Shown piece after piece: positions 21,057 to 29,063 of a stretch of 29,322 nucleotides of DNA. The stretch spans positions 1 to 29,322 of the forward strand of contig NZ_FUWK01000035.1 of NCBI RefSeq assembly GCF_900167395.1, in the 5' to 3' direction. The notes beneath the pieces were generated by a model, which worked only from the letters and a program-made list of their open reading frames with translations, searched no databases and was not told where the DNA came from. Origin of the DNA: Nitrosomonas europaea. GTDB taxonomy: Bacteria; Pseudomonadota; Gammaproteobacteria; Burkholderiales; Nitrosomonadaceae. A program made the position numbers and the translations under genes. The stretch's first letter is position 1; each line of letters begins with the position of its first letter.

Positions 21057-21806
21057 ATGAAAAAACTCGTTCTCCTGCGACACGGAGAAAGTATCTGGAA
21101 TCAGGAAAATCGCTTTACCGGCTGGACTGACGTCGATTTAACGCCCAAGGGACTAAAAGAAGCCGAAGAGGCAGGCAGATTGCTTCGCGAAAACGGTTTC
21201 TCCTTCGACATTGCTTATACATCTCTACTCAAACGGGCAATTCGTACACTCTGGATCGCACTGGACGAAATGGATCAGATGTGGACCCCGATCGAGCTCA
21301 ACTGGCGACTCAATGAACGGCATTACGGGGCACTTCAGGGTTTGAACAAAGCAGAAACCGCCAAACAATATGGCGATGAACAAGTACTCGTCTGGAGACG
21401 CAGTTACGATATCCGCCCACCTTCCATCACAATCAACGACGAACGCTATCCCGGCTTTGATCTTCGCTACAGAAACATGTCATCCGGCGATATTCCGCTT
21501 GCTGAAAGTCTCAAGGATACGGTTGCAAGATTTCTGCCCTACTGGAATCAGTCAATCGCTCCACAAATCAAGGCAGAAAAAAAGGTAATCATTGCTGCAC
21601 ATGGAAATTCGCTGCGCGCTCTGATCAAACACCTCGATAATATCTCGGACCAGGATATCCTGAATTGCAATATACCCACAGGGATTCCGCTAGTTTATGA
21701 ACTGGATGACGACTTGAAACCACTCAACAGTTACTATCTGGGAGATGCTGGCCAAATTGGGGAAGCCATTTCGGCGGTCGCCAATCAGGGTAAATCCGGA
21801 GCTTGA
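21057..21806 (+). CDS. gpmA: 2,3-bisphosphoglycerate-dependent phosphoglycerate mutase.
   Basis: The N-terminal [23 protein letters not shown] (RHG catalytic His motif), ERHYGALQG and the second catalytic His region [12 protein letters not shown] are present. Confidence 0.96.
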   Translation: MKKLVLLRHGESIWNQENRFTGWTDVDLTPKGLKEAEEAGRLLRENGFSFDIAYTSLLKRAIRTLWIALDEMDQMWTPIELNWRLNERHYGALQGLNKAETAKQYGDEQVLVWRRSYDIRPPSITINDERYPGFDLRYRNMSSGDIPLAESLKDTVARFLPYWNQSIAPQIKAEKKVIIAAHGNSLRALIKHLDNISDQDILNCNIPTGIPLVYELDDDLKPLNSYYLGDAGQIGEAISAVANQGKSGA

Positions 21807-23077
21807 TGTTTGCCGATTTAATTACAAGTTCAAAATCAACTCAACATTGCCTTTCCCGAAAAGCAAATAGATTGCTTAGAGCTACCTTTCTGTTGCTTTC
21901 AGTCAATGTGTTTTTACCTTCCGTGCTGTATGCAATTCCCCAGGCCAACCGGGATAGTCAAAAACAGTTACAGGAATTACGTACTCGTATTGATGCTCTG
22001 CAGAAAGATCTGGTTGATAAAAAATCTTCGAAAGCCAAGGTGGCTGATGCACTGCGTGAATCTGAGCGATCCATAAATGATCTGCACGCAAAACTTGCCA
22101 AACTCGCACAACAGCAGAAAAATGCACAAGAAAAGCTGAATCAACTGCAAAACAGCTCGGCGCTGCTTCAAGACGATATCAATAACAGGCAAAAACAGCT
22201 TGGAAAGCTGATCTATCATCAGCATCTGGCAAAATATGGGAATTATTTGCCATTATTACTCAAGCAGCAAAACCCTGATAAAGCCACACGTAATTTTTAT
22301 TATTACAGTTACATTGCACAGGCGCGCTCAAAAAATATCGATAATTTACGCAATCAACTGACTGCTTTGGACGCACTGGCTCACGAAAGCCATATTCAGA
22401 ACGAATCGCTTAAGCGGATCCACAATGAGCAAATCCATCACAAACGACAGCTCGAACTGGAAAAAAACCGGAAATCAGAAATTCTGGCAACACTCTCTAA
22501 AGAAGTTACCCGCCAGCAGAAAAAAATTGATGAACTTAAACAAGATGAGCAGCGCCTTTCCAATCTGATTGAAAAACTTAACAGACAGCTTGCCCGGAAA
22601 AAAAGCGCTCCGGCCAAAGCAGATGGAAAATCGGTATTACGCAACGACAAATTACCTGACAGCACTGAACACAGGGGTTCCTTTGCGGCACTGAAAGGAA
22701 AGTTGAGATTGCCCGTCAAAGGGGAACTTGCCAACCGTTTTGGCAGTCCACGCGAAAGCGGAAGCATCAAATGGCAAGGGTTGTTCATTCGTTCTGCCGG
22801 AGGTAACGAAGTCAAAGCAATTGCAGGTGGAGAAGTGATATTTGCTGACCGGCTGAGAGGATTTGGAAATTTGATGATTCTGGATCATGGCAACCACTAC
22901 ATGAGCCTGTACGGTAATAATGCAGCAATCCACAAACGGGTAGGCAGCAAGGTTAAAAGTGGTGATACGATAGCAACCGTTGGTAACAGCGGTGGAAACG
23001 CTGAGACAGGTTTATATTTTGAACTCAGATATCAAGGAAAGCCGTTTGACCCGTTAAGTTGGGTAAAGCTGGAGTAA
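21806..23077 (+). CDS. envC: EnvC-like murein hydrolase activator (signal anchor, long coiled coil, degenerate LytM/M23 domain).
   Basis: A Q/K/L-rich coiled coil occupies about residues 50-270. The C-terminal LytM fold lacks the metal ligands. GLFIRSAGGNEV sits where active M23 enzymes have HxGxD, and GNAETGLYFELR sits where they have HLHFE. The gene lies between a phosphoglycerate mutase gene and ctpA. The ATG at 21806 overlaps the gpmA TGA by 1 nt, and the ORF-track TTG at 21803 is the alternative start. Confidence 0.78.
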   Translation: MFADLITSSKSTQHCLSRKANRLLRATFLLLSVNVFLPSVLYAIPQANRDSQKQLQELRTRIDALQKDLVDKKSSKAKVADALRESERSINDLHAKLAKLAQQQKNAQEKLNQLQNSSALLQDDINNRQKQLGKLIYHQHLAKYGNYLPLLLKQQNPDKATRNFYYYSYIAQARSKNIDNLRNQLTALDALAHESHIQNESLKRIHNEQIHHKRQLELEKNRKSEILATLSKEVTRQQKKIDELKQDEQRLSNLIEKLNRQLARKKSAPAKADGKSVLRNDKLPDSTEHRGSFAALKGKLRLPVKGELANRFGSPRESGSIKWQGLFIRSAGGNEVKAIAGGEVIFADRLRGFGNLMILDHGNHYMSLYGNNAAIHKRVGSKVKSGDTIATVGNSGGNAETGLYFELRYQGKPFDPLSWVKLE

Positions 23078-23173
23078 TCGAGATTGAGCCGATACTTCTA
23101 TCAAACAATGGCTTAAATTTTAATTGGCATTACAGAACTTCCGAAAACACAAAGTGCGGAGCAAACACACACC

Positions 23174-24604
23174 ATGCATAATTTTATAAAGAAAATCAGT
23201 TTAGTTTTTGCCGGCGTCATTGCTGGAATCATGGTCAGCCTGAATTTCTCCGCCATCGCCGACAAAGAAATCAAAGAGGAATTGCAAACGCTCCCGATTG
23301 AGGAGCTGCGTACATTTTCCCAGGTTTTCGGTCGCATCAAAAGCGACTATGTCGAACCTGTAGAAGATAAAAAACTGATTACCGAAGCGATCAACGGGAT
23401 GCTGGTCGGGCTGGATCCGCATTCGGCTTTTCTGGACAGTGAGGAATACAAAGAACTGCAGATCGGTACACAGGGAGAGTTTGGCGGGCTGGGTATACAA
23501 GTAACAATGGAAGATGGCCTGGTCAAGGTTATTTCTCCGATCGAAGATACACCTGCTTTCCGTGCAGGCGTCAAAACCGGTGATCTGATCATAAAAATTG
23601 ATGATACAGCCGTAAAAGGTATGACCCTCAACGATGCTATCAAGCGGATGCGAGGAAAACCGGATACCCCGATTACACTGACTGTCATTCGTGAAGGTGA
23701 AGCAGAGCCCCTTACCTTCACACTCGTTCGTGCCATTATCAAAATTGACAGTGTCAAGTCCAAGCTTATTGAGCCGGGTTATGCCTATGTCCGCATCACC
23801 CAGTTCCAGGAACGTACTGGTGAGAATCTTGCGGAAGCCATTACCAAGCTTTACAGCGGAAGCAAAGTCCCTATGAAAGGTCTGATACTGGATTTACGAA
23901 ATGACCCGGGTGGATTGCTGAACAGTGCTGTCGCAGTCTCAGCTGCTTTCCTGCCGAGCAATGCGCTGGTGGTATACACTGAAGGACGTACGAACGATGC
24001 CAAGATGCAACTTCGCGCCAATCCTGAATATTATCTTCGTGGATCAGGGCGTGATTTCCTGGCCAATCTCCCTCAAAGTATCAAAACCATACCCATGGTG
24101 ACACTGGTCAACGGCGGTTCAGCTTCTGCCTCGGAAATCGTAGCGGGTGCTCTGCAAGACCATAAACGATCTATTGTCATGGGTTCGCAAACCTTTGGCA
24201 AAGGATCGGTACAAACTATCCTGCCGCTCAGCAATAACACAGCTATCAAACTGACGACAGCACGTTACTTCACGCCCAATGGTCAGTCGATACAAGCAAA
24301 AGGCATCACTCCGGATATACTAGATGAAGAAACTGACAATGACTCACGCCTGTTGAGAGAAGCCGATCTCAACCGCCATCTGAGCAATGGTCAGGAAGAA
24401 AAAACCGATAAGGCAGCAGCATCCGACAAAAAAGGTGCACAATCTTCCAAAAGATCAAAAAACAAGGCAGATAAGAAGCAGAAAAAGCATGAACCCATGG
24501 AATTCGGATCTAGTGATGACCTGCTGCTGGCCAAAGCAGTCAATCATTTGAAATCCATGGCTCAGAAATCCAAGCATAAAACAGCCAAATCAACTCAAAG
24601 CTGA
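23174..24604 (+). CDS. ctpA: Carboxy-terminal processing protease (S41 family, PDZ domain).
   Basis: An N-terminal TM anchor is followed by the PDZ region GGLGIQV...SPIEDTPAFRAGVKTGDLIIKIDD. The S41 motifs LDLRNDPGGLL and GSASASEIVAGALQD, and TFGKGSVQT, are present. The C-terminal segment is lysine-rich. Confidence 0.92.
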   Translation: MHNFIKKISLVFAGVIAGIMVSLNFSAIADKEIKEELQTLPIEELRTFSQVFGRIKSDYVEPVEDKKLITEAINGMLVGLDPHSAFLDSEEYKELQIGTQGEFGGLGIQVTMEDGLVKVISPIEDTPAFRAGVKTGDLIIKIDDTAVKGMTLNDAIKRMRGKPDTPITLTVIREGEAEPLTFTLVRAIIKIDSVKSKLIEPGYAYVRITQFQERTGENLAEAITKLYSGSKVPMKGLILDLRNDPGGLLNSAVAVSAAFLPSNALVVYTEGRTNDAKMQLRANPEYYLRGSGRDFLANLPQSIKTIPMVTLVNGGSASASEIVAGALQDHKRSIVMGSQTFGKGSVQTILPLSNNTAIKLTTARYFTPNGQSIQAKGITPDILDEETDNDSRLLREADLNRHLSNGQEEKTDKAAASDKKGAQSSKRSKNKADKKQKKHEPMEFGSSDDLLLAKAVNHLKSMAQKSKHKTAKSTQS

Positions 24605-24634
24605 TTTTTTCCTGAATGAGGTGGCGGGAGTACT

Positions 24635-25411
24635 GTGGATGATCAGCAGCTTTTACGTTACAGCCGCCACCTTTTATTACCGGAAATCGATATTCCCGGC
24701 CAGAAAAAGTTAACACATTCCAGTGTTTTCATTCTGGGGGCAGGTGGTTTAGGCTCTCCTGCTGCGCTCTATCTAGCTGCCAGCGGAGTTGGAAAATTAA
24801 CTATTTGCGACCATGATCAGGTCGATTTGACAAACTTGCAACGCCAGATTCTGCATGAAACCGCCTCGATTGGTAAGTTCAAGACAGATTCTGCCAGAAA
24901 TACACTGCAACGCATCAATCCGGAAATAGAAATTATCTCCTTGCCGGAACAGGCTACTGCCCGCCTGCTCAACAGAGAAATCAAAAGCGTTGATGCTGTC
25001 ATCGATGCCAGCGACAACTTCTCAACACGCCATCTCATTAACCAGGCCTGCCTTGCCCATCGCAAACCTTTGATATCAGCAGCGGCTGTCCGGTTTACCG
25101 GGCAGATAACCGTATTCGACCTGCGCCATCCTGATAGCCCCTGTTACCACTGTCTGTTCCCTGATTCAGGTGACAGTGATGACCCCGCATGCGCAATCAT
25201 GGGTGTATTTTCTCCACTGACAGGTATTATCGGCTGTATCCAGGCAGCTGAGACCATCAAAGTATTGCTGGGAATCGGTGAAACACTCCATGGTCGGCTA
25301 CTTCTCCTGGATGGACTAACCATGCACTGGCGTTCACTCAAGCTGAGTAAAGATCCACAGTGCCCGACATGTCACTCTGCTTCAGTGCAAAACCTGTCTG
25401 ATTCTCAGTAA
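24635..25411 (+). CDS. moeB: MoeB/ThiF/HesA-family adenylyltransferase (probable molybdopterin-synthase adenylyltransferase). It has no rhodanese domain.
   Basis: The sequence contains RYSRHLLLPEIDIPGQ, the nucleotide loop ILGAGGLGSPAALYLAASGVG, and two CxxC pairs (CYHC, CPTC) for Zn binding. It uses a GTG start with GGGAG upstream. The moeB versus thiF assignment is not resolvable from sequence alone. Confidence 0.8.
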   Translation: MDDQQLLRYSRHLLLPEIDIPGQKKLTHSSVFILGAGGLGSPAALYLAASGVGKLTICDHDQVDLTNLQRQILHETASIGKFKTDSARNTLQRINPEIEIISLPEQATARLLNREIKSVDAVIDASDNFSTRHLINQACLAHRKPLISAAAVRFTGQITVFDLRHPDSPCYHCLFPDSGDSDDPACAIMGVFSPLTGIIGCIQAAETIKVLLGIGETLHGRLLLLDGLTMHWRSLKLSKDPQCPTCHSASVQNLSDSQ

Positions 25412-25417
25412 AACAAG

Positions 25418-27166
25418 TCAGCCGGGGATTTGAAACTGCGCTATCGCCAGACGCGCATACAGTTCACTAGATTCCATCAATTCCACGTGTGTACCCAGTG
25501 CTTCCAGACGGCCATGATGAATAAGAGCAATGCGATCAGAAGTCAGGATGGTACTCAGGCGATGGGCAATGACAATGGTTGTCCTGCCTGTACTCAATCT
25601 GGTAATTGCCTGTTGCACCCAGTGCTCACTCTGACTGTCCAGTGCACTGGTAGCTTCATCCAGTAATAAAACCGGAGCATCTGCCAGAATAGCCCGGGTA
25701 ATTGCCAGCCGCTGTTTCTGGCCACCCGACAACCCCAGTCCGGTATCACCCAGGCTGGTCTGGTAACCTTGTGGTAGAGAAACAATGAAATCATGTATAA
25801 AAGCAGCTTTAGCCGCCATTTCGATTTCCGCATCCGAAGCATCCGGGCACGCATAACGCAGATTCTGCTCGATACTGCCATGAAACAGCACAGGATTCTG
25901 AGATACCAATGCAAAACTGCGCCTGAGATCAGACAAATCCAGATCGCGGATATTCACACCTTCCAGACTGATGCAGCCCGACCGCACATCATAGAAACGC
26001 AGCAGCAAATCGAATAAAGTTGATTTGCCTGCGCCCGAGAGACCAACCAGCGCCAACGTTTCACCCGGGCGTACCGCCAATGAAAAATCATTGATCACTT
26101 GTATTTCAGGCCGTGATGGATAAGCAAAACATACTCGCTGGAACACGATATTGCCTGTCACTGCCGGCAATTGACGAGGATCGACAGGCGAACTGATCTG
26201 GCTGGGCTCCTCCAACAGCTCCATGGTTCGCTCCGCAGCCCCCGCAGCACGCTGCAATTCCCCCAGTACCTCTGATATCGACCCTACCGCCGAGCCAATG
26301 ATGATGCTGTAAAAAACGAATGCCGCCAGTTCTCCCCCACTGATTTTACCTTCGATCACATCCATGCCACCGACCCAGAGCATCATACCGATCGCACCGA
26401 ATACCAGAACAATTACCACCGCGATCAACCAGGCACGTTGTAATGTCCGCTGGCGGGCGATATGAAACGCATCCTCAACATACTGATCGAAATGCATTTT
26501 ATCCATTGCCTGATGGTTATAGGCCTGCACTGTCTTGATCTGCCCAAGCATTTCCCCAACATAAGCGCCAACGGCCGCTACCCGATCCTGGCTTTGTCGC
26601 GACAGCACACGCACGCGTCGGCCAAACAGCAAGATGGGAACTATGACCAATGGAATACTCAGCATAACGATCACCGTCAGCTTGACATTGGTAATAAACA
26701 ACCAGACGATGCCACCGGCCAGCATAATCAGGTTACGTAACGCTACCGAAATGGAAGAACCCACTACGGATTGCAGCAAAGTCATATCCGCAGTCAAGCG
26801 AGACTGGATCTCAAGGCTACGGTTGGCTTCGAAAAATCCAGGATGCAGCTCGATCAGATGTGCGAAAACTTTGCGCCGTATATCTGCGATCACCCGCTCC
26901 CCCAGCCAGGTCACCCAGTAGTAACGTGTAAACGTACCTATCGCAAGCAGTACCACCAACAACAGAAAAACCAACACATACCGGGTCAGCAGATCAGGCG
27001 ACTGTGTAGCGAATCCACGATCCACCATCAGCCGTATCCCTTGCCCTAGCGATAAGGTAATTCCGGCAGTCAGGAATAACGCTGCCAGACTAAAACTTAA
27101 CGATAGTTTATAAGGTTTGAGGAAAGCAGCCGTTTTCAAAACAGCCTGCCAGCGATTGCTCGTCAT
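25418..27166 (-). CDS. Fused ABC exporter (six-TM permease domain plus ATPase; MsbA/ABCB-like). Substrate unknown.
   Basis: The 582-aa ORF has Walker A GLSGAGKST, signature LSGGQKQR, Walker B VLLLDEATSALD and an H-loop IAHRLS. The N-terminal half is polytopic. Confidence 0.92.
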   Translation of the reverse strand: MTSNRWQAVLKTAAFLKPYKLSLSFSLAALFLTAGITLSLGQGIRLMVDRGFATQSPDLLTRYVLVFLLLVVLLAIGTFTRYYWVTWLGERVIADIRRKVFAHLIELHPGFFEANRSLEIQSRLTADMTLLQSVVGSSISVALRNLIMLAGGIVWLFITNVKLTVIVMLSIPLVIVPILLFGRRVRVLSRQSQDRVAAVGAYVGEMLGQIKTVQAYNHQAMDKMHFDQYVEDAFHIARQRTLQRAWLIAVVIVLVFGAIGMMLWVGGMDVIEGKISGGELAAFVFYSIIIGSAVGSISEVLGELQRAAGAAERTMELLEEPSQISSPVDPRQLPAVTGNIVFQRVCFAYPSRPEIQVINDFSLAVRPGETLALVGLSGAGKSTLFDLLLRFYDVRSGCISLEGVNIRDLDLSDLRRSFALVSQNPVLFHGSIEQNLRYACPDASDAEIEMAAKAAFIHDFIVSLPQGYQTSLGDTGLGLSGGQKQRLAITRAILADAPVLLLDEATSALDSQSEHWVQQAITRLSTGRTTIVIAHRLSTILTSDRIALIHHGRLEALGTHVELMESSELYARLAIAQFQIPG

Positions 27167-27223
27167 GAATAAATCCCGGAGCTAAATCTCGGATCGGGCA
27201 GAAAAAGGAAACAAAGACGGAAA

Positions 27224-27252
27224 TTCTGAATTTTGACGATCAACAGTATAAT
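27224..27252 (+). promoter_or_regulatory. Putative sigma70 promoter of the phosphatase gene.
   Basis: TTCTGA (27224-27229) is followed by a 17-nt spacer and a perfect TATAAT (27247-27252), 36 nt upstream of the ATG. AGGA lies 4 nt before the ATG. Confidence 0.3.
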
Positions 27253-27288
27253 TACAGAGCTTTCAATTTAATTATAACAGCAGGATAA

Positions 27289-27789
27289 ATGAAACATTCA
27301 GAAGCAGAAAAAGTTGGCGTGCTATTCGTCTGTATGGGAAACATCTGTCGATCACCCACTGCAGATGCGGTTTTCAACCATCACGTCAAATCAGCCAGAC
27401 TGGAACACCTCTTTCATATAGATTCTGCCGGAACTCACGCCTATCACATCGGCGAACCACCGGATCGACGCTCACAGCAGGCTGCACTCAGACGAGGCTA
27501 CAACATGCAGAGTTTACGTGCCAGAAGAGTCGTACCGGAAGATTTTTCACGCTTCCAATATATTCTGGCCATGGATCGTCATAACCTGGAGGAATTGCAG
27601 CAAAACTGCCCGTCACGATATACCAGCCGGCTGGGAATGTTCCTGCAATACAGTAACCAATGGGATATTCGTCAGGAAATACCTGATCCATACTACGGCG
27701 GCAGCCACGGATTCGAAAGAGTACTGGATCTGGTAGAAAATGCGAGTCAGGGATTGTTAAAGTACATACTGGAGAATTTAAATACTTAA
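27289..27789 (+). CDS. Low-molecular-weight protein-tyrosine phosphatase (LMW-PTP, Wzb-like).
   Basis: The P-loop VLFVCMGNICRSPTAD (CX5R-S/T) and the general-acid motif DPYYG near the C-terminus are present. The 166-aa length is typical for this family. Confidence 0.92.
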   Translation: MKHSEAEKVGVLFVCMGNICRSPTADAVFNHHVKSARLEHLFHIDSAGTHAYHIGEPPDRRSQQAALRRGYNMQSLRARRVVPEDFSRFQYILAMDRHNLEELQQNCPSRYTSRLGMFLQYSNQWDIRQEIPDPYYGGSHGFERVLDLVENASQGLLKYILENLNT

Positions 27790-27801
27790 AAATTCTTTAG
27801 A

Positions 27802-27837
27802 TGTAGTAGTTGAGATCTGGTCTGACAGTTAACCGAT
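27802..27837. mobile_element. Orphan (solo) IS terminal inverted repeat of the same IS type as the left-edge element, in inverted orientation.
   Basis: It matches the reverse complement of 285-320 at 34 of 36 positions. The TGTAG tip points left toward the phosphatase stop 12 nt away. No transposase follows, and the inner side runs directly into flippase-derived sequence. Confidence 0.8.
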
Positions 27838-28684
27838 AGTAAATAAGCTTTCAACAAATCCTTATTTTCACGCACCGCTTGCGCAAAAGCTGGAAAAGCC
27901 ACCTTGCGTACTGCGTTCATCATATCGCGATGAAACAAATAGACTAAACCCTGCGCCCGGCTGTAAAGCGCTACCGCCTGGAATCCTAAAAACCGGCCCA
28001 GAATCAGATCATTCATATTCATTGCAATTTCGGTAACAATTGCAGCAACACTGGTTTGCACGCCAAAACTGGCAATACGCCGCCACTCTTTCAGACCTGG
28101 CGTAATCCATGCTTCTTGCGGACGAGCAGTATTCACCAGCAGCATCAGACACACGACATTCGCTACCGAAGCCCAGGCAAGACTCATGTACCCATATCCA
28201 AGCGCTGCAAGACTCACAGAGACAACTGTCTGTACAATTGAACAAACCACACTGATCCGATAAAGCACTGTAAATTGTATATCTCTACGCAACAAAGCCA
28301 GTACAGGAGCAGTAAAAGGAATAATCAGAAAATTGACACACTGGATTTTACCAGATCAGCAAGCCCGGGTTCATTATAAAAATCGGCTGCCCACGAACTA
28401 GAGAGATACAATAGTCCCCTTACTGTCCAACTGGTGATAATGGCAATCGTTAAGGATGTTTGAATTCTTTCCCTGGTTAGCTCACACTCTTGGATTAGGT
28501 AGTTACCCACACCAGTATCACGCATCATTTGCGCGATACTGGTTACGGCAGAAGCAACCGAGTAAATGCCAATCTCTGCTGGCACCAGCAACCGAGCAAT
28601 CAGCATAATGCCGATAAAGCCGATAAACATTGTTGAATAATTTTCGGCAAAAGAAATAATGACGGCTTTTCTGATACTGATCAC
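27838..28684 (-). pseudogene. Wzx/PST-family polysaccharide (O-antigen/EPS) flippase pseudogene, 3'-truncated and frameshifted.
   Basis: Two consecutive minus-strand ORFs in different frames read as one PST-family N-terminal half. They are 28684-28325 (...IMLIARLLVPAEIGIYSVA...GNYLIQ...) and about 28355-27838 (NFLIIPFTAPVLALLRRDIQF...FGVQTSVAAIV...FPAFAQAVRENKDLLKAYLL). The frame switch must lie within 28328-28355. The reading frame enters IS-repeat sequence at 27837, so roughly the C-terminal 40% of a normal 420-480-aa flippase is missing. Confidence 0.75.
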
Positions 28685-28787
28685 TGGTCAATAAAACTCC
28701 AAATATACCGCTGAATTTATCTCCCGATAATGCGGCATGAGATTCGTACAGGCAGCTTCCTATCCCTGATTCAGGAATATAGCGCTA

Positions 28788-29012
28788 TTATCTCTGCTCC
28801 AGCTCGAGATCAGATACCATTTTACCCAGTATTACTGCAGCATCTTCCGCAATCAGCTGTAGTTGCTGCTGTTCTTGCCGAGAAAAATTTGTCAACACTC
28901 TCTTCTTGGCGCCACCAGTTTTCCCTGATAACCCCACGCCCAATCTTAATCTTTTAATTTGATCCGTCCCTAACGCGACTAGGACAAATCGACATTTACG
29001 GATTCTCAACAT
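28788..29012 (-). CDS. Hypothetical 74-aa ORF with a ribbon-helix-helix-like (CopG/MobC-like) C-terminal pattern. It may be a gene remnant or spurious.
   Basis: The segment GGAKKRVLTNFSRQEQQQLQLIAEDAAVILGKMVSDLELEQR has a basic stretch, a short beta-strand and two helices, as in RHH proteins. There is no clear SD and no partner gene. This call rests on pattern resemblance only. Confidence 0.2.
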   Translation of the reverse strand: MLRIRKCRFVLVALGTDQIKRLRLGVGLSGKTGGAKKRVLTNFSRQEQQQLQLIAEDAAVILGKMVSDLELEQR

Positions 29013-29063
29013 CTATAATTTTTGCTTTACTGAAAGAGGTCTAACATTTTCAGTGAGGAATGT

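Noticed and set aside
20867-21058. A 63-aa minus-strand ORF filling the tpiA-gpmA divergent intergenic region.
   Set aside because: It has no SD, it overlaps the predicted gpmA promoter and leader, and its sequence has no recognisable domain pattern. It is probably non-coding promoter DNA.
321-27801. The idea that the IS-end-flanked 27.5-kb segment is a composite transposon carrying the nuo operon.
   Set aside because: The right-hand copy is only a 36-nt terminus with no transposase and no distal end. The cargo is essential core metabolism in the canonical tpiA-secG-tRNA-Leu-nuoA-N and gpmA-envC-ctpA orders. Independent insertions plus later decay explain the pattern more simply.
28328-28355. 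Programmed -1 ribosomal frameshifting in the flippase at the GGTAAAAT region.
   Set aside because: There is no canonical X-XXY-YYZ slippery heptamer or downstream structure. The gene is also 3'-truncated by the IS scar, so a decay mutation or homopolymer sequencing error is the simpler explanation.
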